Shown here piece after piece: positions 1 to 12,656 of a DNA stretch of 64,000 bases. The stretch is from Octopus vulgaris (lineage: Eukaryota). Made by a program: the position numbers and the translations under genes. The DNA lies in NCBI GenBank assembly GCA_951406725.2, contig OX597815.1:46252001-46316000 (forward strand). Direction: 5' to 3'. The notes below the pieces were generated by a model. It was not told the origin of the DNA, did no database searches, and saw only the letters and a program-made list of their open reading frames with translations. Position 1 is the first letter of the stretch. Each line of letters opens with the position of its first letter.

Positions 1-517
1 TTATATGGATTTATAAGGGCCATATGAACCCCGATTGAGAACCAGTGATATAAATACATTCCATCTGTCGTGGTTCCGTACAGTTTAGTTACAGAGCTTT
101 GAGTACCCCGTGCTCAAAGTATCATGCAGCAGAGTTAAACCTACAACCTGTTGGTTGCGAAGTGAACTTTTAAACCACATAGCCAAGCCTTACAGCGTCA
201 ATGACTCGTTGCAACTTGTATGATTGATACATTTTCTTCTTTATATATGCATTTTTTTCTTAAGCTGCTTTTTCATTCATGAAAATATTTCATTTATTTA
301 TTTATTTATTTATTTATTTATTCTTTTGTGTTCTCGTCCGTTCATTCATTCATTCGTTCATTCGCTCATTTCTCTCACACGTTTTATAAAAAATGAATAA
401 AAAAACCTTTCAATATTCAAGTGAAGCGCAACCACAGCGACTCTAAGTAACAATAAGTCTCCTAGCAATACCACAATTATATAGTAAAGACTACTTCCCG
501 ATACCACCACTACCGAA

Positions 518-564
<47 letters not shown>

Positions 565-780
565 AACTACTTCTGCTGCTGCTTTATCATCGATGTCAGC
601 ATCACCTTACTTCCATCACCACCAGCACCACCACAATAATCCCCATAAAACATCTCTACCATTCTTAACACTGGCACTACTACATTCTCAACAACCCCCA
701 GTACAAATAGACCTGTAAAATCACCATGATCTCCAACTGTAACTCATGGACTCTCCCGTCGAAGACGACGTTCAAATGTA

Positions 781-1211
781 AGAGGTCTGATCAATAATTA
801 TCTGGACTGTTGCCATAGTAACGAAGCCAAAGCACGCAGAGTAAAGCCACTTGACAAAGATTAACATTGAACTCTGCTGTTCATGCGCACTAAGTTTTAT
901 TGTTGTAGTTCACTTCCGCTGTTCACAGCATTGTTTGGAAGGAAGGTGTGTTGCGCGTGATCGTCGCATTGACCATAACAGAGAAAGTTGTCATGGCGAT
1001 CCCTGCTCAGAGGCCTACGCAAAGTTGCAGAAAGTGTATGGAGAGGAGTATATGAGCCGCACAAAAGTGTACGAGTGGTTCAGTCGTTTCCAATATGGCT
1101 GAAAAATGTCGATATTGACGAAAGTTCTGAGAGACCCGCAACCAGCAGTACTGAGAAAAACATCGCAGATGTACGTGCAACTATGAAATGATACTAATTG
1201 ATCAGACCACG
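781..1211 (+). mobile_element. Mariner-type DNA transposon, internally deleted (both TIRs plus 5' transposase remnant)
   Basis: Imperfect TIRs agaggtctgatcaataattat (781-801) and atactaattgatcagaccacg (1191-1211), each flanked by TA. Frameshifted peptide AYAKLQKVYGEEYMSRTKVYEWFSRF / DIDESSERPATSSTEKNIADV resembles the mariner N-terminal HTH region. Confidence 0.8.
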
Positions 1212-1221
1212 TATGTATTGT

Positions 1222-1533
1222 CCGTGGATAGAAATGCCTACGGAAAAAACCATGGGAACCTTGGGCAATAGTGTCATGCAAAAAGAAAACACATTACAGT
1301 AAGTGGCTCTCTTTTTTCCTTTCGTTTTTCTTTTTTTTTTCTTTTGGTTCATAGGGTTATGCTCAAGCTGGCCCCGTCATTCATACGTACTATCATTGCT
1401 ACATTAACCCATCTTTTTTTGAAGCATTCACTAGACAAAACTTCCCTCTCTACTCTCACCTTCCTCTTCAAGTGATACTTGAGTGATTGACCAGAGAGGA
1501 AAGTGTTTGTCTCTAGACCTTTCAGACACGTCC
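1222..1533 (-). mobile_element. Short 5'-truncated copy of the Tx1-like LINE (ORF2 C-terminus + start of 3' UTR)
   Basis: Minus-strand peptide [54 protein letters not shown] matches the C-terminus of ORF 33048-34751. UTR similarity continues to ttccgtaggc..ttc.tccacgg. The 5' end abuts (TATC)n. Confidence 0.9.
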
Positions 1534-1691
<158 letters not shown>

Positions 1692-2658
1692 CGAGGAATT
1701 ATCAATCTGGGCAAAATGCTTCATAAGCTCTCTGTTGACACACTAGACTAACAGTATCATTTAGATTAGTGAAGAACCTCGGGTATTCTTATGGCATGTT
1801 CGAAGGTCATGGTTCGTCACAATTCCATATTGTAAAACCGTGGATGTGCTCCAGACAAACTGGTTTTACACAGAGGGATAAAATAGACTAATTAAGTGTA
1901 CGTATCAGTAATGTACCTATACCGACAACTGAAAACAGCTGTAAGCCAAATTTGCTCTAATAAAGGAAACATACATGTAATGACCAATATTTCAAACTTG
2001 GTTTATATATGTATAGGGAGAGAGAGAGAGACGTAGAGAGAAAGAGATTGATAAATGCGTCGATAGATAGATATGATAAATAGATAGATAGCTTGATAGA
2101 TAGGTATATAAATTGATGCATAGATGTACAAGTGCATACGTATACATACATACATACATACATACATACATACATACATACATACATACATACGTCGCTA
2201 TATACCTAAATATCATCTATCGATAAATTGATCTGATGTTCTCCCTGTATCAGTATCTAAGTACGAAGTGAACATCAATCATATACATACGGCAAACGCA
2301 TGCGCACACATCACTGTCAAATACACAGCTATTCTCAGAGAAGCAATTACACATAATTGGGTTGCGCTGCATGGCATTGAAGAACCGCACAATAAATATA
2401 TTTTGTGGCAAATTTAAAAGCAAAATAGCTAAAGATTAAAACATAATTACAACAAAACAACATTAACAACAACAGCAACAATAATAAAGTATATGTGGAT
2501 GTATTTGTGTATGCATATGGGTGTGTGTGTGTGTGTATAAATATACATATACGTACGCATCCACACACGAAAACACACATACATATATTGTTTGTATAGA
2601 TTTTTGTATACATATTTCATTGATGTATTCATTGTAAATGCATATATGAATGTAAATA

Positions 2659-2663
<5 letters not shown>

Positions 2664-2754
<91 letters not shown>

Positions 2755-2770
2755 CGTGTGTGAGTGTGTG
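2664..2770. repeat. Compound (TA)n(TG)n microsatellite, representative of dozens of (TA)n, (TG)n, (GA)n, (CATA)n, (GATA)n and (ATT)n tracts in the window
   Basis: Read directly; such tracts generate most of the IY/VC/HT/MYVC/LSIY-repeat ORFs in the track. Confidence 0.97.
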
Positions 2771-3370
2771 TGTGTATGTATATATATATATATACACACA
2801 TAATGCGTATGTATATATAATATGCATATATATATAAAGAGAAAGGGAGAGAGAGAGAGAGAGAGAGATTTGTATATAAATCTATAATTTGTGTGCGAGC
2901 ATACACACATCCAACTGTAAATATGTGTGTGTGTAAGTATATATGAACGTTCATGTTTTGTATTCATACTAATGTTTAGACATTTTTGTATGTGCGAGTG
3001 TATGTATGTATGCGTACATAAACTAAGAAATAATTTATCATCCTCAAATGTGAAAGTAGATGCGAAAAAAATATAGGTTGAACCAAGAAGATTACAAGAA
3101 CGGCAGACAAAATGACCGAAACTTCATTGAAAACTAAATAAATTCAAAATAAAAAGGAAAATAAAATGAAATAAACGAAAAAATACATTATTTACATCGG
3201 TCTGAATTTACAGTTAATCATTCTTCTTTGAGAAATTTATTTGTTAGCTTTAAGAGGTTTTGGTTTTTGTCAATCCCGAAATGCCTTAACCAAAGTCATA
3301 TTTCTTTGCTTCTACGTGCATTGTTATACGGTGCCGCAGTCTTTGTGACAATACTTAAACTTCATAATCA

Positions 3371-3446
<76 letters not shown>

Positions 3447-3454
3447 GTCATGTC

Positions 3455-3611
3455 TTCCTACTTAACGTTTTGGGTTCAAATTCTGCTGAGGTCGACTTTG
3501 CCTTTCATTCTTTCAGGGTCGATAAATTAAGAACCAGTGAAGTACTGGAATCGATGTAATCGACTCTCCCACTCCCCACAAATTCCTGGCCTTGTGCCTA
3601 TAGTAGAAAGG

Positions 3612-3656
<45 letters not shown>

Positions 3657-3657
3657 G
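3455..3657 (+). mobile_element. SINE family B, (ATT)n-tail variant, 5'-truncated
   Basis: Central block gttcaaattctgctgaggtcgactttgcctttcat...gtcgataaattaag; tail ctccccacaaattcctggccttgtgcctatagtagaaaggatt(att)n. Confidence 0.8.
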
Positions 3658-3789
3658 TCGTTTCTTCCCACTTAACGTTCTGTGTTCAAATTATACCGAG
3701 GTTGACTTGCCTTTCATCCTTTCATGACCGCGAGTCCGCTGACCTAACCACTGGGCCATTGCGCCTCCTAGTTTCCTATATGAAAAGGC

Positions 3790-4800
3790 AAATGAAACTA
3801 GGCTGCATTGGCAGTTACTGGGCACGAATACCAAAGCTGTTTAAAATGAAGTCTTCACATCTGGTTGTAAATCAAGAAGCGATTTTTGGTGAACGCAAAA
3901 CCTATTATGCATCTTTTTAAACGTCTGACGTGGTAAGATCAACACGTCTGCTTCCTTTGTATCAATAGTTAGTGCACAATGCACCAATTATTGATACATT
4001 GTTAGCACTTGTGACATCGTAGCTAAACATTCACATCTTCAATGACTGGCTTTTCATAAATTTCCTTTTTGCAGTACCAGGAAGACATTCTCGGAGTTTC
4101 TACTGATGAAGTGAAGGCGCTCCTATCATTGAACAACTCCCCTTCTTACCTAACTGGACTCTATCTTGTCACTAACAAAGGTGAAATAAGATGCAAGTTT
4201 TTGCCATCTCCCACTATGATTCAGGCAATCGATCAATGTGTGATTGTATCCTGTGACAGTTTATACCAACGACGATATTTGGACAAAATTTACATGGTTG
4301 TAAGAGAAGAAAATATTGAGGAATACACGCGAAGACAAAGAATTCTCAGTAACATTAGACAATATTTAATGTGACAAAGGTGACGAGCTGGCTGAATTGT
4401 CAGAACGCCAGGCGAATTGCTTAGCAGTATTTTGTCCGTCTTTACGTTCTTAGTTCAAATTCCGAAAGCGACTTTGCCTTTTATCCTTTCGGGGTCGATA
4501 AAATAAGTATCAGTTGAGAAATGGGGTCGATGAAATCGACTTAAGCCCGTCCCCCGAAATTGTTGGCATTGTGCCAAAATCTGAAATCAATATTTAATGT
4601 GACAATTTCATGGAAGAAACTAAGACTACCACTTCAGCTAAGATTGTAAAGACTACCACTTCAGTTAATGATTGTAAAAGTAACTTCTGTACGATCTGAA
4701 GGTAGAATATACTTCTGAAGGATTCGAAGCAAATGATTTACCGAGTATACTTCATGGTACAGTCAAAACTGATGTTACACAAGATATCAAAATCTGGTTA
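3790..4800 (+). pseudogene. Decayed pogo/Tigger-like DDE transposase remnant, interrupted by a SINE
   Basis: Peptide fragments KLGCIG..RIPKLFK, IFNDWLFINFL, KALLSLNNSPSYL and CKFLPSPTMIQAIDQCVIVSCDSLYQRRYL resemble the pogo motifs KALLLLDNAPSH and FLPPNTTSLIQPMDQGVI. Frameshifts and stops are present; boundaries approximate. Confidence 0.65.
4378..4587 (+). mobile_element. SINE family B with 18-bp TSD
   Basis: Head ggtgacgagctggctgaattgtcagaacgcc, B-box-like gttcaaattcc, family B body. TSD caatatttaatgtgacaa at 4360-4377 and 4588-4605. Confidence 0.85.
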
Positions 4801-4809
4801 GGAGATGTA

Positions 4810-4983
4810 AAGGATTTAGTTGAGCAAATCGATCCTAGTACTTATTTTTTTAAAAATCTGATGCTGTCTCGCGTTTATTCTATAGCTCTCGTTTGCTGAA
4901 ACGCAAAGTTATGGGGACGTAACCAAACCAACACCATTTGTTAAGTGGCGATGGTGGAAAACACAAAAAGTCATACACACACA

Positions 4984-5020
<37 letters not shown>

Positions 5021-5220
5021 GCGCACACATATGGGCTTCCGAACAGTTTTCTACAGATGGGTTTCCACACAGTTTTCGTATACCAAAATTCACTCACAAG
5101 TCATCGGTCGACTCGAGGCTATAATAGTAGACATTTGCCCAAGGTGCCGCGCGGTGGAACAGAACACGAAGCCACGAGGTTGAAATGCGAGCTTCTTAGC
5201 CACACAGCCATAACTGTGCC
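4810..5220 (-). mobile_element. SINE family A (tRNA-derived, internal microsatellite), diverged
   Basis: Matches the family A copies at 37967-38378 and 43967-44385, including the internal (CA)n. Confidence 0.7.
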
Positions 5221-5677
5221 TACACCACATACATTCAATAATTATTTTTTAAAGATATTTTCGATCTTTGTATAATTATTGCAGTCTGACACCGTCTTAG
5301 ATTCTCTAGCTCTGCTGGCACCATCTCCACTACCACCTTCCTCTATATCAGCTGAAACCGGCATCGCCATCAACTATCTCTGTACTGTTAGCACCGATAT
5401 AAGCACCAACGGTACCGGTATCGCCACCACGATCGCCAGCCATCTCACCTCGTTCACATCGATTGATGTCTCTGCCTTTTTTTTTTCTATTTATCTTTAT
5501 GTCATGGACTTTTCTAAAGAATTCTAGTCACGATTGGTTTCGCTCGAACGGTGCCAGAGTTTTCATTGATTTTGCTGACCTGGTTCATTGGATATTCAAC
5601 GCAGTGCCAACGAGTGTCATGTTTGAAATTAATGAAAGAGTCGAATAAATGAATAAATTACTAGCGAAGAAACAAGC

Positions 5678-5678
5678 C

Positions 5679-5731
<53 letters not shown>

Positions 5732-5756
5732 CAACAACAACAACAACAACAACAGC

Positions 5757-5789
<33 letters not shown>

Positions 5790-5889
5790 GATGATGATGA
5801 TAATAATAACAACAACAACCAAAACAACAAAAATAATAATGATAATAACAGTAACAACACCGACAGCAACAAAAATAATAACGATAATA

Positions 5890-5945
<56 letters not shown>

Positions 5946-5967
5946 CAACAACAACAACAACAACAAC

Positions 5968-6002
<35 letters not shown>
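5678..6002. repeat. (AAT)n/(AAC)n compound trinucleotide tract
   Basis: Read directly; source of the poly-N/poly-L/poly-I ORFs. Confidence 0.95.
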
Positions 6003-6005
<3 letters not shown>

Positions 6006-6249
6006 CAGCAACAGTAATATGAAAATTGTGAAGAATAACAAAGGAAGGAAAAAATAACATTGCAAAGAAAGAGGAGAACAAGTGGTTATGAAAAAATAGG
6101 AATATAGAAAGAAGATATGTTAGAAAAAGAAGATAGGTTAAAAAGGAAAAAGTAAACGAGAGGGTATAGGAAAAAAGGTAGAATGAATTGTATGATAAGT
6201 AGATAGAGAATGGCGAAGAGGAAGGAAAAACTAATAAGGGGAAGAATTT

Positions 6250-7300
6250 GGGAAGAAAAACAGATGGGGGGGGGGGTAAAAATCGTAACACGAAGGGAGG
6301 AGGTAGAGGAAGAAGAAGGAGAAGGAGGAGGAGGAGGAGGAGGAGGAGGAGAAGAATATGATGATCATAATGATGATAATGATGATGATCATGACAATAA
6401 CTGGGAGAAAAGCAGAGGGGTAAAAATCGTAACAAGAGGGGAGGAGAGAAGGAGGAAGGAGAAGGGGGAAGGAGAAGGAGACGTAATAGTAATAGTAGTA
6501 GTAGTAGTAATAGAAGGTGATGATGATGACGACGACAACGACAACTGAGAGGAAAACAGGGGTAAAAATCATAACAAGGGATGAGAAGAAGAAGATGGAG
6601 GAAGAGGAGGAGGAAGAGAAGAAGAAAAACAAGAAGGAGGAGAAGAAGATGAAGAAAAAGAAGAAGGAGGAAGAAGAGAAGAATAAGAAGGAGGAGGAAG
6701 GGAAGACGAAGGAGGAGGAAGAGAAGACGAAGAAGCAGGAGAAGAAGAAGAAGAAGAAGAAGAAGAAGAAGAAGAAGAAGGAGGAGGAGGAGGAGGAGGA
6801 GGAGGCGGGGAGAAGGAAGAGGAAGGGGAGGGGAAGAAGGAGGAGAAGAAGAAGGAGAAGGAGGGGAAGAAGGAGAAGGAGGAGGGGAATGAGGAGGAGC
6901 AGAGGGGGAGAAGGAAGAGGAAGAGGGGGAAGAAGGAGGAGAAAAAGGAGGAGAAGAAGAAGAAGGAGAAGGAGGAGGAGAAGAAGGAGGAGGGGAAGAA
7001 GGAGGAGAAGAAGGAAGAAGGAGGAGGGGAAGAAGGAGGAGGAGGAGGAGGAGAAAGAGAAGAAGGAGAAGAAGAAGAAGGAGGAAGAGGAGGGGAAGAA
7101 GGAAGAGGAAGGATGAGAAGGAAGAGGGGGAAGAAAAGAAGGAGGAGAAAAAGGAGAAGGAGGAGAAAAAGGAGGAGAAGAAGGAGGAGAAGGAGAAGAA
7201 AGAGGAGGATGCGGATGAGGATGAGAAGAAGAAGAAGAAGAAGGAGAAGAAGAAGAAGAAGAAGAAGAAGAAGAAGCAGAAGAAAAAGAAAAAGAAAAAG
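6250..7300. repeat. Purine-rich (GAA/GGA)n low-complexity tract with an embedded ~143-bp minisatellite
   Basis: Almost pure A/G on the + strand from ~6590 to 7290. Motif ggggtaaaaatc(g/a)taaca recurs at 6273, 6417 and 6559. Confidence 0.9.
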
Positions 7301-8175
7301 ACAATGACAGTAATGCTGCTGCTGATGATGATAAGGAGAAGGTGGAAGAGGTGATGAAACGAGGAATAGAAAAATTTGAGATAGCGTATTATTTTGCCAA
7401 CCACTGCAATAGTAAAAGACAAATGTTAAAGAGAATAAAGTGAGGGAAGGAGAGAGAAAAAGTGAACAAAATTACAATAACAATAAATAAATATATAAAT
7501 AAATAAACCGAAGAAAAGCCTTGGTCAGTCCTGCTTGAACTGAATGACTATCTTGAATATTCTACAGAAAGACTGAGATTAGGGGCTGTCGATTTGCTGT
7601 TGTTTAGCCTCAGGTCAGCCTTCATTAAACAGACGTTTGATCAAAAGCATTCCAGCCATGCCCTTCCAGCCCAACTTTCGAGCATTGCGTAACATACTGT
7701 AATATCCAATTTAAACTCAAGACCAGCTATCTAAAGGCTGGTGTTTTGCTACTCTTTTATCTTTCGCTTGCTTCAGTCAAGTCAGATGATTATCCCTTTG
7801 GTGTGTGTGCGTGTGTGTATGTATGTGTGTTTTATACCGAAATGCTATGTTATAGGGTCGTATACAAACCAACACTGGTAATCAAGTGGTGGTGGTGAAC
7901 AAAAAACACACGGACCTTTCTTTCTCTCTCTCTCTGTCTCTCGATATATATGTATAGAGACAGAGACAGGCTGAGAAAGGAAAATGCCCCTTGCATTTGA
8001 AAACTAAAAACATTTAATTTAAATTATCCACAATTTAATTGTTTTTCATGTTTTACTCTAAGTTGAAAAAGTCACAAAATGTCCTTCATGATAAAATTAT
8101 TTTAGCATTTTCTACCTTGTCTTATTTTCCTTATATATATATATGTATGTGTGTGTGTTTGTGTGTGTGTGTGTA

Positions 8176-8217
<42 letters not shown>

Positions 8218-8220
<3 letters not shown>

Positions 8221-8760
8221 GAAAAATGGGACAAGAACGCAAAACATCCGGACAGCTAGGTAACAAAACACCCAGATAGACGATACAAAGAAAACAAGGA
8301 AGTTTTCTTTCCTCAGGCAAGCACCAGATTATCCTCGCAATTTCGGCTGTTTATTCTTGAGATTATTCCAATCTGGTGAGCCCCAAGGAAAAACTAAGCT
8401 AAGATTCCTTGGAAGAAAGCAGCGAATGTACACAAAAACAAGGACAGAAAAAACTGACAGTGTTACACATATATAAGAACAATAAAAAGTACAATAAAAG
8501 TAATAACAGGACATAACAACAGGTGTCTTTCGACTAAGGACGAATTGAATTAAGCTGGCGCGTGTGAAAATGAAGTCTTACGGGAGAGATACAAAAATTG
8601 CACAAACACAGGGAAGAATATCGATGTTGCACGGACAACAGTCAGACCAAGAAAGAAAGAACAGGCTTGGCCGAAGAGGTCACGTGGGAAGAGAAGAGAG
8701 GGAAGTAAAAGCAGAGAGACAGAAGAATTAAGGAGGGGTGAGAAAAAATGACAGGGACAC
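8218..8760. mobile_element. Interspersed repeat, probably the terminal region of a Penelope-like element; other copies at 35405-35596 and 47401-47918 in the opposite orientation
   Basis: Shared blocks gcaccagattatcctcgcaatttcggctg, caggtgtctttcgactaaggacgaa and aaaatgggacaa; each copy abuts (TA)n. The Penelope assignment is inferred. Confidence 0.6.
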
Positions 8761-8934
8761 AGTGAAGTGAAAAGTGGAGGGAAAGTGAGTAAGAAGAGAA
8801 GGCAAAGAAATGTGAGAGAGGGGGAACGAAAGAACGAAGAGTGGAATGAACGAATAAGCGTGAAAGGGCTGATAGACAGAAATAGAGTCGTACAAGATTT
8901 AGAAAAATATGTACTTACATTTAAGAGACGAAAG

Positions 8935-10140
8935 TGTACGTACGCATCTGTTACATTAGGGGTTAGATGCGTTTCAGTGAGTGCCATGGATATTGCTTGA
9001 TTGCATGTAGCAACTTGTTTTAGATAGAGAGTTTTACCTCTGTTGCTGAGTTTTAGCAGACCTCCAATGTTCACTAGGAATATGGGTGCAATATCGGGGT
9101 AGGTGTTAGTGGTGGCCATCCTGACCCTGTCACCTGAGGTAGCCTTGTGCATTGAAATACATGGCTTTCAGTTTGAATTCTGTGCATCCATATCAGCTGC
9201 TGCACTACATTCTGAGCCATGTTAAAAAAGATTGTTGTTCGATAGCTGCAGTTCGTACACTGCCTGTATATTGCCTTTTGAGGGGTGCAGAGTTAATGCG
9301 TTGATCTCTTTTCCTACTCTTTTGAGACGCGTTTCTTCCTGTTGGTGCTCTATTCGTCTGCAGATCCATGCTTGATTATTTCCCTCTATATTTTTGTTGG
9401 TTTTGTTTTCGGTTACCTTGCTTGTTGTTCCGATAAGATTTAGGATGGGCAAAGCTGCAGTCCTCTCCCCTTTCTCCATGCTGTTGGGTTAGTGCATAAT
9501 TATTGCGGCTTTTTTCAACAAAAACAATAACAATATGTTACAGAAATATTTTTAAATGATTATTCTGGAGCATATTCACCATTTACTACAATTACTGCTT
9601 CCATTTGCTTGGCAGACGATCAGACCATCATTTAAAGATGTTTTTGTTAAATATTGTTATTATTTTTGTTGAATAAAATTTGTTGAAAAAAGGCCGCAAT
9701 AATTATGCACCAATCCAAAAGTAGGTGCCATTTAAGTAAAATTTGCATACAATCTGGGCTCTATCAGTATTTGTCATTGTGCTTCTTCGTTTTGACGTTT
9801 TGGGTTTTTGCTTTTGTTATTGTCCTTCCTGTTACCTTCGGACTTCAGGGCATCAGTTTTCCTAACTGTGTCAGTTTTTTTTTCCTGCTTCTGGTTTTCA
9901 CCACAATCCAGCTTTGACTAAATGTATTGCAACCGTTGCTGCTGCCAGTGTTGCTTTGGGGGCCAGTGTTGCTTTGGGGGTCAGTGGTGTTTGCAGTTTC
10001 TTTTACAGTGCTGTTTTCGGGGTCAGTGATGTTCGCAGTTTCTTTTTTGATATTGTCTGTTTGTCCTTCGTTGGTTTCCAGATATACAGGGTCGTCATTG
10101 AGCATTCCTGTTTCCTTCATTATGTTTTCAAGTAGGTCGA
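8935..10140 (-). mobile_element. Decayed non-LTR retrotransposon 5' portion (CCCH-finger ORF1 + start of APE endonuclease)
   Basis: Minus-strand IFLVNIGGLL...K..YLKQ.....ISMALTETHL resembles APE motifs (N-x-x-G-L; ETHL). Upstream CKFYLNGT / QHGERGEDCSFAHPK forms a degenerate CCCH-like finger once the MITE at 9484-9718 is removed. Confidence 0.6.
9484..9718 (-). mobile_element. Mariner-derived MITE (Hsmar1/MADE1-like TIRs)
   Basis: 26-bp TIRs ttgggttagtgcataattattgcggc / gccgcaataattatgcaccaatccaa. The internal minus-strand remnant (RLPSKW...VIVVNGEY, frameshifted) resembles a mariner C-terminus. Confidence 0.8.
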
Positions 10141-10244
10141 TATGCGTCTTGACATATATATATATATATATATATAAATATAATCTCACGTACACATATA
10201 CATATATCTATATATCTATATATCTATATATATATATGTACATT

Positions 10245-10294
<50 letters not shown>

Positions 10295-10352
10295 AGTATG
10301 TATGCACACACACACATGTACATATATGTATATTTTACGAGTATGAATGTAA

Positions 10353-10389
<37 letters not shown>

Positions 10390-11031
10390 TCTATTTACGT
10401 CTGTACGTACCCAGTCAATGCTGCAATACAATGTACGTTCTGTTTCCTCTATTTCCTCTGTTTCCTCACAATTGGATTGGATACCTTTATAATGTCTTAC
10501 TGAAGCATGTAAATGCTATACAAAATCTAATGCATCTACCTTTCAGATACCTTTCACCGTATGCAGAATCGTATATAAAGAAGTTATTGCTTTGCGCTTC
10601 ACTAAAACTCAATGTCGTAATTCTGGTGAAGGTGAACCACAGAATGATACGATTGAAAGCCAGTTTGACCGATCGTACTATGTTTTTTGTTGTTATTCTT
10701 CCGTTGTTCTTTGCGTTTTGTTTCTTTCGTTACAGTCTTTCTTGTTATTGTTTCTTAATTGCTATTAGTTGTTGTTGCTGCCGTTGATTTGTTGTTATGG
10801 TTGTTGCTATTGTTGTTGCTTACATCTAAAAAAAAAAAGTAAAAAGAAAACAGTCTGACGCTAAGGTTTGGGAGAAATAGTTAAGTTTTCTTTTTTATTG
10901 ATATATTTTATTTATATATTTATTTTTGTTGTTATATTTTTCTGGCATTGTATCCGACTCACATCACGACTGAATGCTTAACGATAATGCGGGGCCCATT
11001 GTGTACAGGTGCGCGCGCTCACACTCATATA

Positions 11032-11067
<36 letters not shown>

Positions 11068-12656
11068 TGTATGTATGTATGTATGTATGTATGTATGTAT
11101 GTATGTCCGTATCAATGTATAGGTATATGTATGTGTGATAGTGAGTGTGTGTGTATGTGTTTATGTATTGAATACTTATCTCGTCATTTCAAAGCACTGA
11201 TATGTGTGTTTGTGTGTGTTGATATATATGTATGTATATATGCATCTCTCTCCTTTCTCTCCATTCCTTACTATATATATATATATATGCATACACACAA
11301 ACACGCACGCTCGCGCGCACACTAATATATATATATAATACGCTACGTGTCTTTGTATATGTACAAAGTGAGTAACACTTTAGCGTTTGAAGCTGTTGAT
11401 TTTGTTCCACTTTCTAAATTATTCAAACTGAATTGGAGTTGTTCTGTTTATATTTTGTATTTGTCACATAAGGCTTGATAAATCAGTTTGAAATTTTCTA
11501 AGTTAACCAACAGCGTTTCTATTTTTTGTTGCAGTAGTGTCTCTATTTAGTTGTTCTGTTTGCCTTATGCATTTGAAAGTCCATTCTGTTTTATTAATGT
11601 TTAACTAACGTTTTAATATTCATAAATGTTGACAATTTGCCGTGCATCGCAACATTTGAAAGAGATTTCTTTATCATTAATGTAGCACGGATAGTTCTTT
11701 TGAGTTAAATCGATGACACTTAGGTTTGATTTGATCTTGTTCCTCTAAGACCACTAAAAAAATCTTTCTAAATTTTCAATCAAAATCTCTGCTTACCTTC
11801 TAACAATTTTTTCTTTTTATTTTTTGTATTCGGAATTTCATTCTGCTATCGTCATTGTGTCATAATGCTTTAATGTTCATAGATTCAGATGATTCGCTTG
11901 GCATCGCAACAATCATAAGAAATTTCAATGCTACCGCATTATCTGTGTCTGAACTATGAAATGATGTGATCTGGGCTACACTTTAAAATAACAGACTGAA
12001 AATTCAGAAGACTGAGGTGTGTTAATGCCTTTCATGTCTACAAGAAATGCTATACTTCATGGTCTTCTTGATTATAATTTTATTGTATTTTAGGACTGAT
12101 AAATATAATATAATTTTCTTATCTTTCTGTCATCTTGGCATTTAAAAGATTTTCTCGTCATCTACTTGTCAACGGTCATCTGGTAGCTTATTCAATAATA
12201 ATTCCGTCATTATTGACGGCTCAGATTCTCTAGTATATCTGTTTGCCAACGTAAGATGGCAGTCCTGCGCAGGACCATGTTACTACCTTTTAACTCCAGG
12301 CAAAACATCTTTTTCACCTGGTTATCGACACACAATCTGTGTCTGAAATATACTGTGAGCAAGAGAGTGTAGTGTTCCGTCCTAACCACTATCTGAACCA
12401 ACAGACCAATGGCTTCTGGGTAATTTCCCATCCTCGGTGCTGAACAACCACCGGCTAGAGATAGCAACTTACTTGACCCTAGTCATAGTATATAAATATA
12501 GAAGTGACAGACTTGTACCTAACGTACACAGGTAAAGGAAGAACACCGAATTCCTAAAGGTAGACCCTTAGAAAAGATATTGGGTACATATATATATATG
12601 GAAGAGGAGGTATGGTGAATAAAAGAAATTGATTGTTAAAAAAATTAAATGGGAGA

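Noticed and set aside
1-50. Possible hAT terminal repeat (attgagaaccagtg)
   Set aside because: The partner TIR and TSD would lie outside the window; cannot be confirmed.
1957-2967. Numerous IY/VC/HT/MYVC-repeat ORFs here and throughout the window
   Set aside because: Stop-free frames created by dinucleotide and tetranucleotide microsatellites.
4069-4374. Possible host exon after ttttgcag
   Set aside because: The peptide is better explained as a decayed pogo transposase with an inserted SINE.
6273-6576. CRISPR-like repeat-spacer pattern
   Set aside because: Eukaryotic context, only three repeats, ~125-bp low-complexity related spacers, no cas genes.
5629-7422. 597-aa, 357-aa and 199-aa ORFs
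   Set aside because: Translations of trinucleotide and purine low-complexity tracts; no domain signal.
11600-12200. Possible decayed Penelope GIY-YIG region (also 38400-39100, minus)
   Set aside because: Only vague motif resemblance across multiple frameshifts; needs a profile search.
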